DNA of 63,822 nucleotides, filler included, from Stramenopiles sp. TOSAG23-3 (GCA_900128585.1; 6 parts of 6 records of this genome joined end to end with filler, not necessarily neighbours in it), one strand, 5' to 3'; counted from the first letter of the whole stretch, positions 25,164 through 36,866 are shown. Numbers and translations: made by a program. Notes: generated from the sequence alone by a model not told the origin.

Positions 25164-28100
25164 ATGGACGCTGGGGAAACGGTTTCCCCGCCAGGCGAAC
25201 CCGCCACCGCTACCGCCCCTTCCCTCTATTCAGGGGCTTTGAGGTGCGTGCGACAGACGCAAGCGTTGACATATAAGAACCTGCTGTTACAAAAACGTAA
25301 TTTAAAATCGACGTTTGCGGTCTACCTCTCTAGTTTTTTTTTGTTGTTAGCTCTTTTTTTAGCAGGAATTCCCGTGGATAATTTATGGAAAGAGGGTCTG
25401 CCGCAATCGCGTGATGAGCCGTCCCCGGAGTCTTACCCCATTGAAAAGTCTCGCTGTTCTCTTCACTCGGAACGTGAGCTTTGTTACGAATTTGTCATGG
25501 TTGGAAATACAACGCACGACAGAGAGATGGCGACGAACATACAAAGCCTGTCAGGCGCAAAAGGTGAAAATATGAATGACGGTTGGATCGCAGTTGCAAG
25601 TAGGGAAGACTTTCATACATGGACACTTGCAAACAAGAACATTTCACGAGTAGGAATCCAAATGTTATGGCCTTTGGACGGGGTTTATAGTTCAACGCTG
25701 AACATGTACAACCCTACATCGAATGAGATTACTTACGTCGTTCATTTCAACGAGTCTAAAAATTGCATTGATGGCTATCTGGGTTGTGAAGAGAGATATT
25801 TAAATAAAATTGCTGCGTGGCAATTGATCGTCGATTCCGCGCTGATACGTTTACTTGCAAAAAAAGAAGGGAAAACTCCGTACGAAAATGCTGAAATCAA
25901 AGCGTCGATGAAAGCATCGCCACACCCCCCGAACAATTTTATATATTTTGACATTTTCGGGTGGACCGGGAAAAATTTTTGTTTAATTGCTATTTCGTTT
26001 AATTTCGTTGTTCAAGCGTATCAGATGACGAGGGAGAAAGAGTTGAGGCTTCCAGAAATGTTAGCACAGATGGGCATGGGCCATAGTGCCTATTACGGGT
26101 CTTGGGTGATCACGCATGCAATTACAAACCTGATTCAGTCAGTTTTGATTATATTCTTCGGGTATGTTTTCAATTTCAACATGTTTGTAAAAACGGATTT
26201 CTCTATCTTGTTTTTTACATTCTTCTTGCCGTGCTCATCGTTCACGGCACTTGCGTTCTTGATTTCTGCTTTCTTTCGCAAAGCAATGAACGCGAGCAAC
26301 GTTTGCATGGTGGTATTTGTGTTGGCATACAACGCGGCGGACCTTCTTTCTGGGCTGGTAATACAAAGCGGGGAAGAGGAAAATAATTTTTGGAAATGGT
26401 TTTTCACTTACCTTCCAATAGGAAACGCCCCTATCGGATTTTTTGTAATGCTCAATCAAGCGTTTGATGGCGCGAGTGAGGGACGGTCGGGCCTCAAGTG
26501 GGCGGACCGTACTCGGGACATTACAAACCCCGAGTTCAACGACGACGGTTCCCCTAGCAATGCCTTCTGGAGCGTGGAAACAACTATGGTACACACTGTT
26601 ATATTTACACTTGTTTGCACTCTTAGTGCCGTTTACATCGACATGATACTGCCGAACGGGTACGGAAAGACCCGATCGCCTTGGTTTTTCCTAAGGTGTT
26701 TTTCTCGTCACCGTCGCACGCCAACGGGAAACGTTACGAACTTACGTGACGCCATCGATACGGCAGAATGTGGAGTTGATCCTGATGTTGTTGCAGAAGC
26801 AGCACGTGTGAAAAAAGGCGAAACAAACGGTCGCGACATTGCCATCGAGTTAGTGGGGTTGTCTAAACTCTTTCACGAGGGTGATTTGAAAGCAGTCGAT
26901 GGCATCTCATACGGGGTTGACAACAACTCTCTGTTCGTGTTGCTTGGCCACAATGGTGCCGGGAAAACCACTACGATTAACATGCTCGTAGGCAACATGG
27001 CCATTTCGGGGGGGGTCGCATTGATACATGGATTGCCGGCCTCGACTCATATGGATCGAATTAACTCACAGATGGGGGTATGCCCACAGCACGACGTGCT
27101 TTGGGACGAATTGACTGGGTACGAGCATTTGCACCTATTTGCAACGATGCGAGGAATGGAGGGGGGGGAAAGAGAGAAGGAAGTTGCGTTGCGTTTGGGG
27201 GAAGTTAATTTGCAAGCCTCGGCTCACATTCCATCTGGAATGTATAGCGGTGGGATGAAACGCCGACTGTCGATCGCGTGCGCAATGGTGGGAAACCCGA
27301 CTGTTCTATATTTAGACGAGCCAACCACTGGCATGGACCCTGTCACACGGAGAGAGGTGTGGACGATGATACAAAAGGCTCGGGTTGGTCGCGTTGTCAT
27401 GCTGACCACACATAGCATGGAAGAAGCTGACGTTCTTGGTGATCGAATAGCCGTCATGAGTCATGGGAAGATTCAGGCGTACGGCACAAGTCTTTCGCTG
27501 AAAAACAAGTACGGGCAAGGACTAAAGATGACGTTGCTGCTACAAGGTGGTGGCGATGCTGCCCGGGCGACGGAGTTTGTGACGAGTAGAATTTCGAAAT
27601 CAGAGGTCATAAAACAGGTGGAACAGGCTTTGTTCTTTCGCCTTCCTTCAAAAACTGAAGAAGGGGAAGGCACGATTGTGGAGTTTTTCAAGGAGTTGGA
27701 GTCCAAAAAAAGCAACCATGGGATCGAGGAGTTTTCTGTCGGGCTTTCTACATTAGAAGAAGTGTTTTTGGAATTGTCAAAGCGCGATAAATTTATCAAC
27801 GACGAAGACGAAGAACCCCCAATAAAGCCCGGAAAATTTGAAAGGATGATCATAAGAGTCGGGAAGAGACTGCCATCCATCTTTGGCCCGAAAGAACGAG
27901 TGTTTCACTCCATACTGTTCGCCCCATTTGGTGTTGTGAATTTGGTCCTGAATTTAATATTGTGGAAACGGCAACGGGCATACCCAAATGCAAAAAATGG
28001 CACTGTTCTAAAAACGTCACGACGACCGTTTTGTGCTCCACGTTTCAATTACGATGCAAAAATAGTCCCGCCGGAGATTGCAAAAGCAATCACCCAAAAC

Positions 28101-31100
28101 GAATGGCGCAGCCTGTTAAACCAACTCAATAATCCAATGCTAAAACATAGTGTTGGTCCATTTAAATGGTTCCTTTGGAATGTTTTGTGCCATTTTCACT
28201 TGTTTAACGCTTTTGCATTGACAGAAGACCCAGCGTCTGCACTAATAAGCTATGTTTTTGGATTGCTGATAATGGGCGTTTTTACCCTGTACTATTCATT
28301 GAGACGAAGTTCAGCCATGGCGTCCCTGGGTAGCATCATCCGCTCTAACTCAAGGATCAGTGTGAATATTGAGAGCCACGGGCTAACGTCAGGGAATGTG
28401 AATACCGCATTAGCGGATCTGTTTTATGACAGGAGGTGGTGCGCTGTGATTGAAGTAGTGGGGGCAGAGCCCGTAGAAAATGTTGTCGAATCTACATTAT
28501 GCAGTAGCTTATGCAAGTCAAAAAGACGTTATATTATTCCGACATCGCTTAACGGAGCAAAAAGAAAAACAACTTTTGGTAGTGCGCGAAAAGCCTTGCA
28601 AACGAAAGCCCTGGCGCTTATGAAACGTAACTGGGTGAGCATCTTTTTTACCATGTGCTTTCCTGTTGCAATTTTTGGGTTGCTGCTCTGGGTAGATACT
28701 GGCATTCTTTGGAAATACAGGTGGGAAGAAATGTGTGGGGATAATATTTATACAGCAGAGGAATGCCGAGACAAGGGCTTCAACATGAGCTGTGTTGCTG
28801 GGATATTCTCAAAGTGGCAATTACCCTCGCGAGGGGAACACCTGCATTTTGATAACAAAGAGGACGGTAGTGGGAACAACGAGATATTGGATCCAAGTGG
28901 AAACCAAACATGGGTTTGGGCCTACGATACCCTAAGACCTTATTACCGCATGAACATGTCAAACTTGGGAAGCACCCATGTTGGTAGTCGGAAAATATCG
29001 AACTACAAGAAAGGCGGCGATGGATTGGCGACCTGGTTTCAAAACTTGGAGCTGCTTTTAACAGATAGTCGTTACGACTGTCGTTTACTACAGTACGACG
29101 ATTGTTGGAACTATTGCGAGAAATCAACTGAAAGCGATTGTTCGGAGGAATGTATAAATTTACAGCAAGCAGAAGAATGGTACTCTCTCAATCCAAAGTC
29201 ACCAGCAGGAAATGAATCAAAAGGAACGACGAATACGACAACTGCAAAAGTCCCAGATGGTATTGATGCATGCAAACCCGAATTCCAAACCAACAGCAGG
29301 GGGAAAAGGCGGACCGGTTCCTCCTGGTCTCCCGACCAGAAATACATTAACCAAATTGATGAAGATAGCCGTTTTCGACGTGCATGTTTGACGCAAAGTT
29401 ATCAAAACTTAGCACGATGGTTCAATACAACCCAAGCAGATTTTGGAAGCTCAACAGATTTCAATTTGATTGCCGCTGTTGACGCAGTTACAGTAACCAA
29501 GGAAGGGATTTTGGGGGAGTTCACGACTGAGCAAGCAGCACGTTTTTACCAAGCGGATGGAGATGGGGGTCCCCATGTAGGGTTCGAGACCTTCTGGGAC
29601 AGTTTAATACAGGGAGATTCCTCCAAATGGGAGCCCGAAACCAACTGGTACGAATCTATAACACGCACGGATTTAATATCGAATCTTACCGCAAGCGGCA
29701 TATCGCCGCTGACTCTTGGTTTTGGTTTTGTGTCGTCTGAAAAATGGTGCAAGGTGTTTGGAACAATTGTTGGAACTTATCCATTCCTTGAACAAGAATA
29801 CGATCGTGCCCTTAGAAAGGTTTTGCAGAGTGGAGAAGACCAGTTGATGAGCACTAGACAATTCTGCAAAGTGGCTCTGAATCTTGACGTAGTTCGTGGG
29901 CTTGAAATAGACGCAGATGCTTCAATGGAGGAGTTGGATAGAACAATCTACGGCATATTTGATAAAAATGAAATTGTTCAAACCAAGCTGATGAAGAAAA
30001 GGAAAGATAACATGAAAGCCATTGGCCATCGATTTGTTGCAAGCAAAGCGGAGTATCTGTCCTATGCGTTCAATAAGGTAGATGCTACTAACAAGCGGTA
30101 TGAGTACACTGTATACATCAACGTCACGTCCGTTGACAGGGCACAAATCGGTTCATTTGCAAAAGACTCCCTGGACCTAGGTGTTCGCGTGTATATGATG
30201 GATTTTGCAATATTGAAGAATTTAGGGTTCCAAAAAAAACTAGGTCGGCCATATATTGAGACGTTCAAACGGGAATTTAAATGCAACCGTGACGAGTTGT
30301 TAGATGCGTGGCTGGATCCAACACAGCCCAGATTACCCGCTATTGATTGCCCCAGTCTACTGCAAGGGTTTCTAGCGTTACCAATTGTGGATTTTATTGT
30401 TGCCGTGCTGCTGATGTTTATTTTTATATTGCCATTTCTTGCGACCATGGTGTCTGTTGTTACAGATAAAGAGAACAAGACCGGAATAATTATGAAAATG
30501 ATGGGGTTAAAACCCTCTGTATACTGGACGGTTACATACTTTATCGAGCTCGCGAAGATAGAATTATACATGCTGGTGATCCAAATATTTGGTATCAATT
30601 TCGGATTTAAAATGTTTACGTTTCACGAACAATTCCAATTCGCACTGATGCTATTTTTGTTTTCTAATGTTTTGGTAATATTTTCATTCTTTTGCTCAAC
30701 ATTTGTTTCGAGCACATACACGACCGTTGCCTTGTCGTTTTTGTTTATTACGCTATCATTCTCGCTTGGTTTCGTTTTCATTCATTTCGTGTACGGTTTT
30801 GGTGGCGGTTTGGCGTCATCGTTCACCCCGTTTATGATCCATCCATTTTGGGTGTTCTATCGGTATTTGGACGGCTTAGCAATCATGCTTTTTTTTAATG
30901 ATTTTAAAGGGGTTGCTTTGAATCTTGACAATGAATCGCAGTATTTGGGCAGTCTGTTTACCACTTGTTTTGGGCTTCTAGTGCTGCATTGGTTTGTTTG
31001 GTTCTTTCTCTGGGTGTACGCATTAAATGTTCTGAACGTTGGAGATGGGACAAAGCAGTCTCCCCTTTTCTGTTTGCGCAAAGAGTACTGGGACGGTTTG

Positions 31101-32411
31101 TGCGGTACCGGTAAGGCGGTGGAAATAAAACAGGGATTGACAAAAGTGCAACTCGATGCCGTACCGGACATAGTAAATGAAAATGCCGTAGCATCCACGG
31201 GAAATCCTTGGGATCGGCCCCATGATGTTGAATCGGAACATTGCCGGATAGTTAACATTATGCTCAAGTATGATAAGGGTGCTCGAATTGCTGTCGCTGG
31301 CCTCCACAAAGTCTTTGGCGAAGGGACGAGGCACAAAAAGGTGGCTGTAAAATGTGTAAGCTTTGGCGTGCAAAAAAATGAGTGCGTCGGTGTGCTTGGC
31401 CACAATGGTGCGGGAAAGACCACCACGATCAACATGCTGACGGGCCTTTTTGCGCCCTCTGCGGGTGTTGCGGTGGTCAATGGCCATAATATAAGCGAAG
31501 GGTTTTCCCCAATTTATGCAGAGATGGCCGTGTGCCCACAGCATGATATTTTATGGCCGAAACTGACTGCAAAAGAACATTTAGAATTTTTCGGCCAGTT
31601 AAAAGGTTTCTTCAAGGGTGCTCTAGACGACAGAGTTCGCGAGGCGTTGAAGCAGGTGAACCTGATGCCTTTTTCCAACCGTTATGCTGGAGGGTATTCT
31701 GGGGGAATGAAGCGGCGTTTATCTATGGCAAATGCCTTGGTGGGCGATCCTTCCGTGGTCTTTATGGACGAACCGTCTACCGGGCTGGACCCTGCATCGA
31801 AGCATCAGTTGTGGGAGGTAATATCTTCGGCGAAGGGGCAACACAAATCGATGGTTTTGACTACGCACAGTATGGAAGAGGCCGACGTCTTGTGCGACCG
31901 CATTGCGATTATGGCATCTGGTGAAATACAGTGCGTAGGGGCAGGGTATCAGTTGAAACGAAGGTTTGGAAAAGGGTATACTTTCCAAATTTCATCGTCA
32001 AAAGATATGTCAGCAATCGATGAATATGTCCACTCGCTGTTTCCCTCCGCTCGCATTTTGGGAGAACCAATTGGGGGACTGGCAAAGTACGAAGTATCTA
32101 GAAAGGATGTAGTCATGAGCACGGTGTTCTCCGAATTAACAGAAAATGTCGAGAAAACTGAAAAACTTGGAATTACAAGCTGGGGCATAATGGAAACGAC
32201 ATTGGAAGAAGTGTTCTTAAAGTTAGCAGCACTTGCAGACATATTTGAGCACACGGAGGTAACAACTCTTGTCAAAAAGGATCAGTCAAAAAGTTTGGCT
32301 TGCCAGATATCAATGCTGGACTCGGAAGCGGCGGCGATGGAATCGGTACAAGTTCCAATCGTTGTTGGCGAAGAAGTAAAGGGAGAAAAGAGGAGAAAAG
32401 AGAAGAAATGA
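25164..32411 (+). CDS. Full-size ABC transporter, subfamily A
   Basis: Two NBDs (GHNGAGKTT; YSGGMKRRLS; LDEPTTGMDP / MDEPSTGLDP; LTTHSMEEAD), two TMDs with large exoplasmic loops, and TLEEVFL motifs; first ATG at 25164. Confidence 0.96.
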   Translation: MDAGETVSPPGEPATATAPSLYSGALRCVRQTQALTYKNLLLQKRNLKSTFAVYLSSFFLLLALFLAGIPVDNLWKEGLPQSRDEPSPESYPIEKSRCSLHSERELCYEFVMVGNTTHDREMATNIQSLSGAKGENMNDGWIAVASREDFHTWTLANKNISRVGIQMLWPLDGVYSSTLNMYNPTSNEITYVVHFNESKNCIDGYLGCEERYLNKIAAWQLIVDSALIRLLAKKEGKTPYENAEIKASMKASPHPPNNFIYFDIFGWTGKNFCLIAISFNFVVQAYQMTREKELRLPEMLAQMGMGHSAYYGSWVITHAITNLIQSVLIIFFGYVFNFNMFVKTDFSILFFTFFLPCSSFTALAFLISAFFRKAMNASNVCMVVFVLAYNAADLLSGLVIQSGEEENNFWKWFFTYLPIGNAPIGFFVMLNQAFDGASEGRSGLKWADRTRDITNPEFNDDGSPSNAFWSVETTMVHTVIFTLVCTLSAVYIDMILPNGYGKTRSPWFFLRCFSRHRRTPTGNVTNLRDAIDTAECGVDPDVVAEAARVKKGETNGRDIAIELVGLSKLFHEGDLKAVDGISYGVDNNSLFVLLGHNGAGKTTTINMLVGNMAISGGVALIHGLPASTHMDRINSQMGVCPQHDVLWDELTGYEHLHLFATMRGMEGGEREKEVALRLGEVNLQASAHIPSGMYSGGMKRRLSIACAMVGNPTVLYLDEPTTGMDPVTRREVWTMIQKARVGRVVMLTTHSMEEADVLGDRIAVMSHGKIQAYGTSLSLKNKYGQGLKMTLLLQGGGDAARATEFVTSRISKSEVIKQVEQALFFRLPSKTEEGEGTIVEFFKELESKKSNHGIEEFSVGLSTLEEVFLELSKRDKFINDEDEEPPIKPGKFERMIIRVGKRLPSIFGPKERVFHSILFAPFGVVNLVLNLILWKRQRAYPNAKNGTVLKTSRRPFCAPRFNYDAKIVPPEIAKAITQNEWRSLLNQLNNPMLKHSVGPFKWFLWNVLCHFHLFNAFALTEDPASALISYVFGLLIMGVFTLYYSLRRSSAMASLGSIIRSNSRISVNIESHGLTSGNVNTALADLFYDRRWCAVIEVVGAEPVENVVESTLCSSLCKSKRRYIIPTSLNGAKRKTTFGSARKALQTKALALMKRNWVSIFFTMCFPVAIFGLLLWVDTGILWKYRWEEMCGDNIYTAEECRDKGFNMSCVAGIFSKWQLPSRGEHLHFDNKEDGSGNNEILDPSGNQTWVWAYDTLRPYYRMNMSNLGSTHVGSRKISNYKKGGDGLATWFQNLELLLTDSRYDCRLLQYDDCWNYCEKSTESDCSEECINLQQAEEWYSLNPKSPAGNESKGTTNTTTAKVPDGIDACKPEFQTNSRGKRRTGSSWSPDQKYINQIDEDSRFRRACLTQSYQNLARWFNTTQADFGSSTDFNLIAAVDAVTVTKEGILGEFTTEQAARFYQADGDGGPHVGFETFWDSLIQGDSSKWEPETNWYESITRTDLISNLTASGISPLTLGFGFVSSEKWCKVFGTIVGTYPFLEQEYDRALRKVLQSGEDQLMSTRQFCKVALNLDVVRGLEIDADASMEELDRTIYGIFDKNEIVQTKLMKKRKDNMKAIGHRFVASKAEYLSYAFNKVDATNKRYEYTVYINVTSVDRAQIGSFAKDSLDLGVRVYMMDFAILKNLGFQKKLGRPYIETFKREFKCNRDELLDAWLDPTQPRLPAIDCPSLLQGFLALPIVDFIVAVLLMFIFILPFLATMVSVVTDKENKTGIIMKMMGLKPSVYWTVTYFIELAKIELYMLVIQIFGINFGFKMFTFHEQFQFALMLFLFSNVLVIFSFFCSTFVSSTYTTVALSFLFITLSFSLGFVFIHFVYGFGGGLASSFTPFMIHPFWVFYRYLDGLAIMLFFNDFKGVALNLDNESQYLGSLFTTCFGLLVLHWFVWFFLWVYALNVLNVGDGTKQSPLFCLRKEYWDGLCGTGKAVEIKQGLTKVQLDAVPDIVNENAVASTGNPWDRPHDVESEHCRIVNIMLKYDKGARIAVAGLHKVFGEGTRHKKVAVKCVSFGVQKNECVGVLGHNGAGKTTTINMLTGLFAPSAGVAVVNGHNISEGFSPIYAEMAVCPQHDILWPKLTAKEHLEFFGQLKGFFKGALDDRVREALKQVNLMPFSNRYAGGYSGGMKRRLSMANALVGDPSVVFMDEPSTGLDPASKHQLWEVISSAKGQHKSMVLTTHSMEEADVLCDRIAIMASGEIQCVGAGYQLKRRFGKGYTFQISSSKDMSAIDEYVHSLFPSARILGEPIGGLAKYEVSRKDVVMSTVFSELTENVEKTEKLGITSWGIMETTLEEVFLKLAALADIFEHTEVTTLVKKDQSKSLACQISMLDSEAAAMESVQVPIVVGEEVKGEKRRKEKK

Positions 32412-33404
32412 GTTTTAGTGAAGAAACACAGCAGCAAAACATGTGCATGGTTGTCCTTAACTCTAAACAATAATCGATTCTATTTTGATAGCTGGTAAGA
32501 AAATACTGAGAGAACAATGCGACCATTCACAATTCAAAAGAAAATGTAAAAAAGCGATAAGAAATAATCACCGCTGCATATACTTTGTAACGAAATACTA
32601 CTTCTTCTTACAAACAAAACAAACAACCAACACGCCAGAAATGAATACCAGTACTAGTAATATAATAACAACTAACAAGTGAAAAAGCACACGTCGTTGT
32701 TGTTCGTTTTATACGGTAATAGAGAATAGAGAAATAGAGATACCAAGGTAGTAGTCTCTATAATAATTAATAAAGAACGAATAATATATATAATAGTAGG
32801 GACACAATATTGGTGGGTAATAATAAAAAAATAGAATTTATAATCTAATTAGTCTCTTATAATACAAGCGAATAGTATGTAGTTATTTATTAGATACCGG
32901 TAACTGTGTACCTTGTACAGAAAAAGAAGAAGTCCTAATTCTTTATTAATTGATTCAATTGTATACATTTTAATGCTATGTCTATATATAATATTGATAT
33001 ATCCATTTTCTATTTTTAAAGATTATTTTCTTCTTCTTTTTTGCTCTTCTTCCTTCTTCTGTGTGCCACTTCTTTTTTAATAATAATTAATATTCCACAC
33101 ACCAAAGACCACAGCAGCCAACAACAAGAACAACAAACAAAAAAAGAAATAATTTAACCAAAGTCTATATCATCGAGCATATTGAATCCGAGTCAAAACT
33201 TATTACGTAGCGCGCGAAAGGTTCAATTGGCAAGAAAAAGAAAGGGGGGGGGCAGTAGTACGTATCGTGTGTTTAATTAATGTACGTACACTTCCTCTTA
33301 ATATTTTTCATTTATTATACACACAGTCAAACAGTAATTTTCTTAAAAAGGGATTTTCTAACTCTTACAAATCCTCAGCGAGAGAAAGGAACACGTGGGA
33401 AACT

Positions 33405-35228
33405 CTACCGAAACTTCTGCAACAAACCGGCAAAAACTCTCTTGAGCTCCTTGCGGTCGATGATGGTCTCTTGCAGGGTCAGCTCTTCCTTGAGCTTTCC
33501 GAGCAGGAACTCGAACCCGATGTTCGTGGTAAGCTCTTGGTGCATGTGCCGCAGAATTGCATTTGTGTGCATCTCCTGTTCGGCCTGCTCGATTCGTCGG
33601 AGCTTGCTGTAGGAGGCTCGAACGATCAAGGTGTCCAACAGGCGCTGCATACGGTCTTTGATGATGATCGTCTCCCCGTTGGTGGCCAACGACAAGGCCA
33701 AGAGCCGCAGCGTCATCGTTTCCACGAGGCGCTCGGACGCTTTCGATATTATCGCAAACTGCTGGGCTTCGCGCTCGCGAAAGATCACGTCCTTCAGCTC
33801 CTCGTGGGACTCCTCCGCAACGTCCTTGCACGTCTCCTGAATAAACTCCTCCAGCATGAAATCCACGAAATTGTCAACGTCCAGTTCGTACTGGGCGCTT
33901 TGGACCACGCCGCCTATGATCGGCTCGAGCGCAGTGTGGAGGAACTCTTCGTACTGCTGAAGGAAAAGGTACTCTTCGACCATCCTCCCCACCGAATCCT
34001 TCACGATGTCGTTTATGAACTCTTGCAAGCAGTCGTTCATGACAATGTGCGCGCACGACTGGACCGGGTCGAACTGGTTGTTCTTTTCTTCCTTCCGGTG
34101 CAGGTACTCGTTCACGAACGAGTGCACCTGCTTCTTCACGACGACTGTCGCGAGGTCCTCGACGACGTCCTCCAGCACCATGTTCCAGATCGACCACGAC
34201 GTGCGTTCTACCTCTGGGTTTTCGCCAAAAGGGTCCCCCCGCCCCCCGGCGTGCGAAAATATCTCAATCAACACGTCCGGTATCAAGCCGTCGACGACGA
34301 CTTCCTCGATCAAATCCGATATGATCGCGTTCCCCGCCTTCCGCCACCCGAACATGACGTGCACCGCCAGGCCGAACCATTTCCGGTTCGCAAGGTACAT
34401 GCGAACGCACGACTGTATTTTTCGCGCGGCGCGGTCCCTTACTTCGTACTTATCCACCTTTGCCTTGGATGGGCTTGCTTTCCCTGCGCGCCCCCCCGCC
34501 TTCACCGGGCTATTCTCCGTGACCCCCTCCCGGAGCTCCAGGCGGCCGCGGGACCCACGGGTGCCTTTCGGGCGGCGGGGCTTTCGGTGCCGACGGCTCC
34601 GTCGGTGCCCGTCGCTGTCACTCCCTGAGTAGCTTCCGTCGCTCTCCGAATACCGCGAGCTCCGAAGTGAGCTCCGGGAACCTCTATGCTTGCTGCTGCG
34701 GTGCTTCCGGCGGCGGGAAGAGGACCGGTGCTTGCTCCTGCTCCGCCGCTTGCTCTTGCGCCTGCGCCGCCGGCTGCTGCGGTGCCGGTCGCTGCTGCTG
34801 CCGCTCGAGTACGACGAGGACGGGGAAGACGAGGAATAACTAGACTCGGAAGAGTACGAGCCTTCGCTCGACGAGTACGAGGGCGAACGCCGACGACCCT
34901 TTTTCTTGTGCTTCCGGCGGCTGCGGCTCCGGTGCGACCTGCCGCTTCTATGACTACTTTTGCTCTGTGTGGAGAGCAGGGAGCTGGTGGACTGCTGGTT
35001 TCCCCGACCGTCTTTCGACAGTTGGCTCGCTCCATAGGCTTCCCCTTCGGTTATCTTCTTCGCCCGAATTTCTTTGAACGTGGGCGAAAACCGGGGCGAC
35101 CGTTCGCGTGCGTACGTCTGTATCCTCCTGGCGGCCCCATCGTGCTCGTTGGTATATTCCCGGGGCGGAAGCGTTATGCGCTTCGGAGACTCCGTGAAAG
35201 TCGTCGGGGGCCCACCATTGTTCTCCAT
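33405..35228 (-). CDS. IQ-motif protein with Arg/Ser-rich low-complexity region and acidic helical C-terminus
   Basis: AARRIQTYARE and AARKIQSCVRMYLANR IQ-like motifs flank the RS/RH-rich tract; ATG at 35228; GC-rich coding bias. Confidence 0.75.
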   Translation of the reverse strand: MENNGGPPTTFTESPKRITLPPREYTNEHDGAARRIQTYARERSPRFSPTFKEIRAKKITEGEAYGASQLSKDGRGNQQSTSSLLSTQSKSSHRSGRSHRSRSRRKHKKKGRRRSPSYSSSEGSYSSESSYSSSSPSSSYSSGSSSDRHRSSRRRRRKSKRRSRSKHRSSSRRRKHRSSKHRGSRSSLRSSRYSESDGSYSGSDSDGHRRSRRHRKPRRPKGTRGSRGRLELREGVTENSPVKAGGRAGKASPSKAKVDKYEVRDRAARKIQSCVRMYLANRKWFGLAVHVMFGWRKAGNAIISDLIEEVVVDGLIPDVLIEIFSHAGGRGDPFGENPEVERTSWSIWNMVLEDVVEDLATVVVKKQVHSFVNEYLHRKEEKNNQFDPVQSCAHIVMNDCLQEFINDIVKDSVGRMVEEYLFLQQYEEFLHTALEPIIGGVVQSAQYELDVDNFVDFMLEEFIQETCKDVAEESHEELKDVIFREREAQQFAIISKASERLVETMTLRLLALSLATNGETIIIKDRMQRLLDTLIVRASYSKLRRIEQAEQEMHTNAILRHMHQELTTNIGFEFLLGKLKEELTLQETIIDRKELKRVFAGLLQKFR

Positions 35229-36296
35229 AACAACGAGACGACGACGTACGCTCTTCTTCCGTCCGTTCCTATTCGTACAATAAATCTGTATTGCACGTGT
35301 ATGTGTGTGTGTGCATGTATTCAATAATGGCTTTATACAAACAGTCCGTGTTCACTTCTTCTTTCTCTATTCCTTCATCCATACAAATCATATTCGATCT
35401 TCGTTTACTAAAAGAATAATAATAAACAAAAAACGGATATTATTATAATTATATTTATTATATTTATTTTTTTTTAAAAGAGAAAGTAAGAAGAAGAAGA
35501 AGAAGAAGAAAGATGATTTCTATCTACTTTTCTTTTTTCTTTATTTTTAAATATTTTCATTATAATGTAATATATTATAATAATACCTATTCTAATTCAT
35601 ATGATAAAATCTAAATACAATGTAATTTAAGTAAATACAAATTAAATTATTTGGTTATTATATGTATTATATGTAATTTAATATTTGTTTTTAATTATTT
35701 TTGTAAAACTGCGCGAGAGTTGAAAAGAAAGAAAGAAAGAAAGAAAGAAAGAAATATAAAAATAGAATTGAAGTTGAAAATTAAATATCAGATAGCTCTA
35801 TGAAATAAATGTACTTTTGAACTTCTTTTATTTCCTCTATTATAAAATAATATGGACCGGAACCGAGAGCCGAGAGACACCCAATTCCAATCCTCCCTAT
35901 ATAGTCATGTATTCTAATTATTATTATAACTATATTATTGAGCAGGGAAGGGAAGGAGGGAGGGAGGGACAACTAACAACAACGAACTAACAACCAGTTG
36001 TTTCTTTTTTTTCATAATGTACTAGTTGTTCGTTTTGTTTTTGTTTCTTATTGATGATTAATGAAACCATGCTATTGGAATTTTTTTAGATTGAAGGTAC
36101 ATTTCTATTTTGAGTGTCTGTGTCTGTGTGCGTGTACGTAAGCGTGTGTGATTTTTTTATTCATCTTTTGTTTTGCTTTTGAGTTTGTGAATATAAACGT
36201 GCGTATAGAAACGAGGAGCGGTTGCCTTTGAACGGACGGACGGACAGAGAACCTTACTCGATCGGTTTATTGCTTGAAACGACGATCGGTCGACCG

Positions 36297-36866
36297 ATGA
36301 CCCCTCGTAATTTTTTTGTGCAGATTGTTTGCGCGTGTCTCATTATTGTCCCTGTCTTTGGGGTTCGCACCAACTTGCGCCACGGTCGACCTATAAGTGC
36401 TAGCCGCTTGCCGTTGGACCAGCGCAACTCGTACACGGAGCAACCCTACTCTTCTGCCAACCACTACAACGGGGCAGGGCACAAGAACGAGTTTGACGCG
36501 TCCATTTGCAAGTTTGCCGGGGGTGTTTCGGATGCAAACAACATTTTTAAAGTCGGCCACAATTTGGCAAAGCGACGGCGGTACGCAGATTCCAAGAACT
36601 GCTTCCAGCATGCATTGAACAGTTGGTGGACCGCCGTTCGCAATGGCAACCCATTAATTTTGCAATCCCAAAACAACCGCTGGTCGCAGTCGGAAGTAAA
36701 TGGCATACAAGAAGGGTTTTCAAAGATGAAATTAGGAAAACACAAGGAGGAAGAAAAGGCCGGGAGCGGGAGACCCCAGGTACCCCCACAGCTGGAATGG
36801 TTAAAAGCGGAAGAACAAAAGGAAAAGGTCGCCAATGCCAATGATAACTCCGACGATGATAATTAG
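36297..36866 (+). CDS. Small secreted protein with one TPR-like helix pair
   Basis: Signal-like MTPRNFFVQIVCACLIIVPVFG; FKVGHNLAKRRRYADSKNCFQHAL. Confidence 0.65.
   Translation: MTPRNFFVQIVCACLIIVPVFGVRTNLRHGRPISASRLPLDQRNSYTEQPYSSANHYNGAGHKNEFDASICKFAGGVSDANNIFKVGHNLAKRRRYADSKNCFQHALNSWWTAVRNGNPLILQSQNNRWSQSEVNGIQEGFSKMKLGKHKEEEKAGSGRPQVPPQLEWLKAEEQKEKVANANDNSDDDN

Noticed and set aside
33267..35327. Long plus-strand ORFs (33267-34628, 34006-34632, 34686-35327)
   Set aside because: Antisense shadows of the GC-rich IQ/RS gene with no recognisable motifs.
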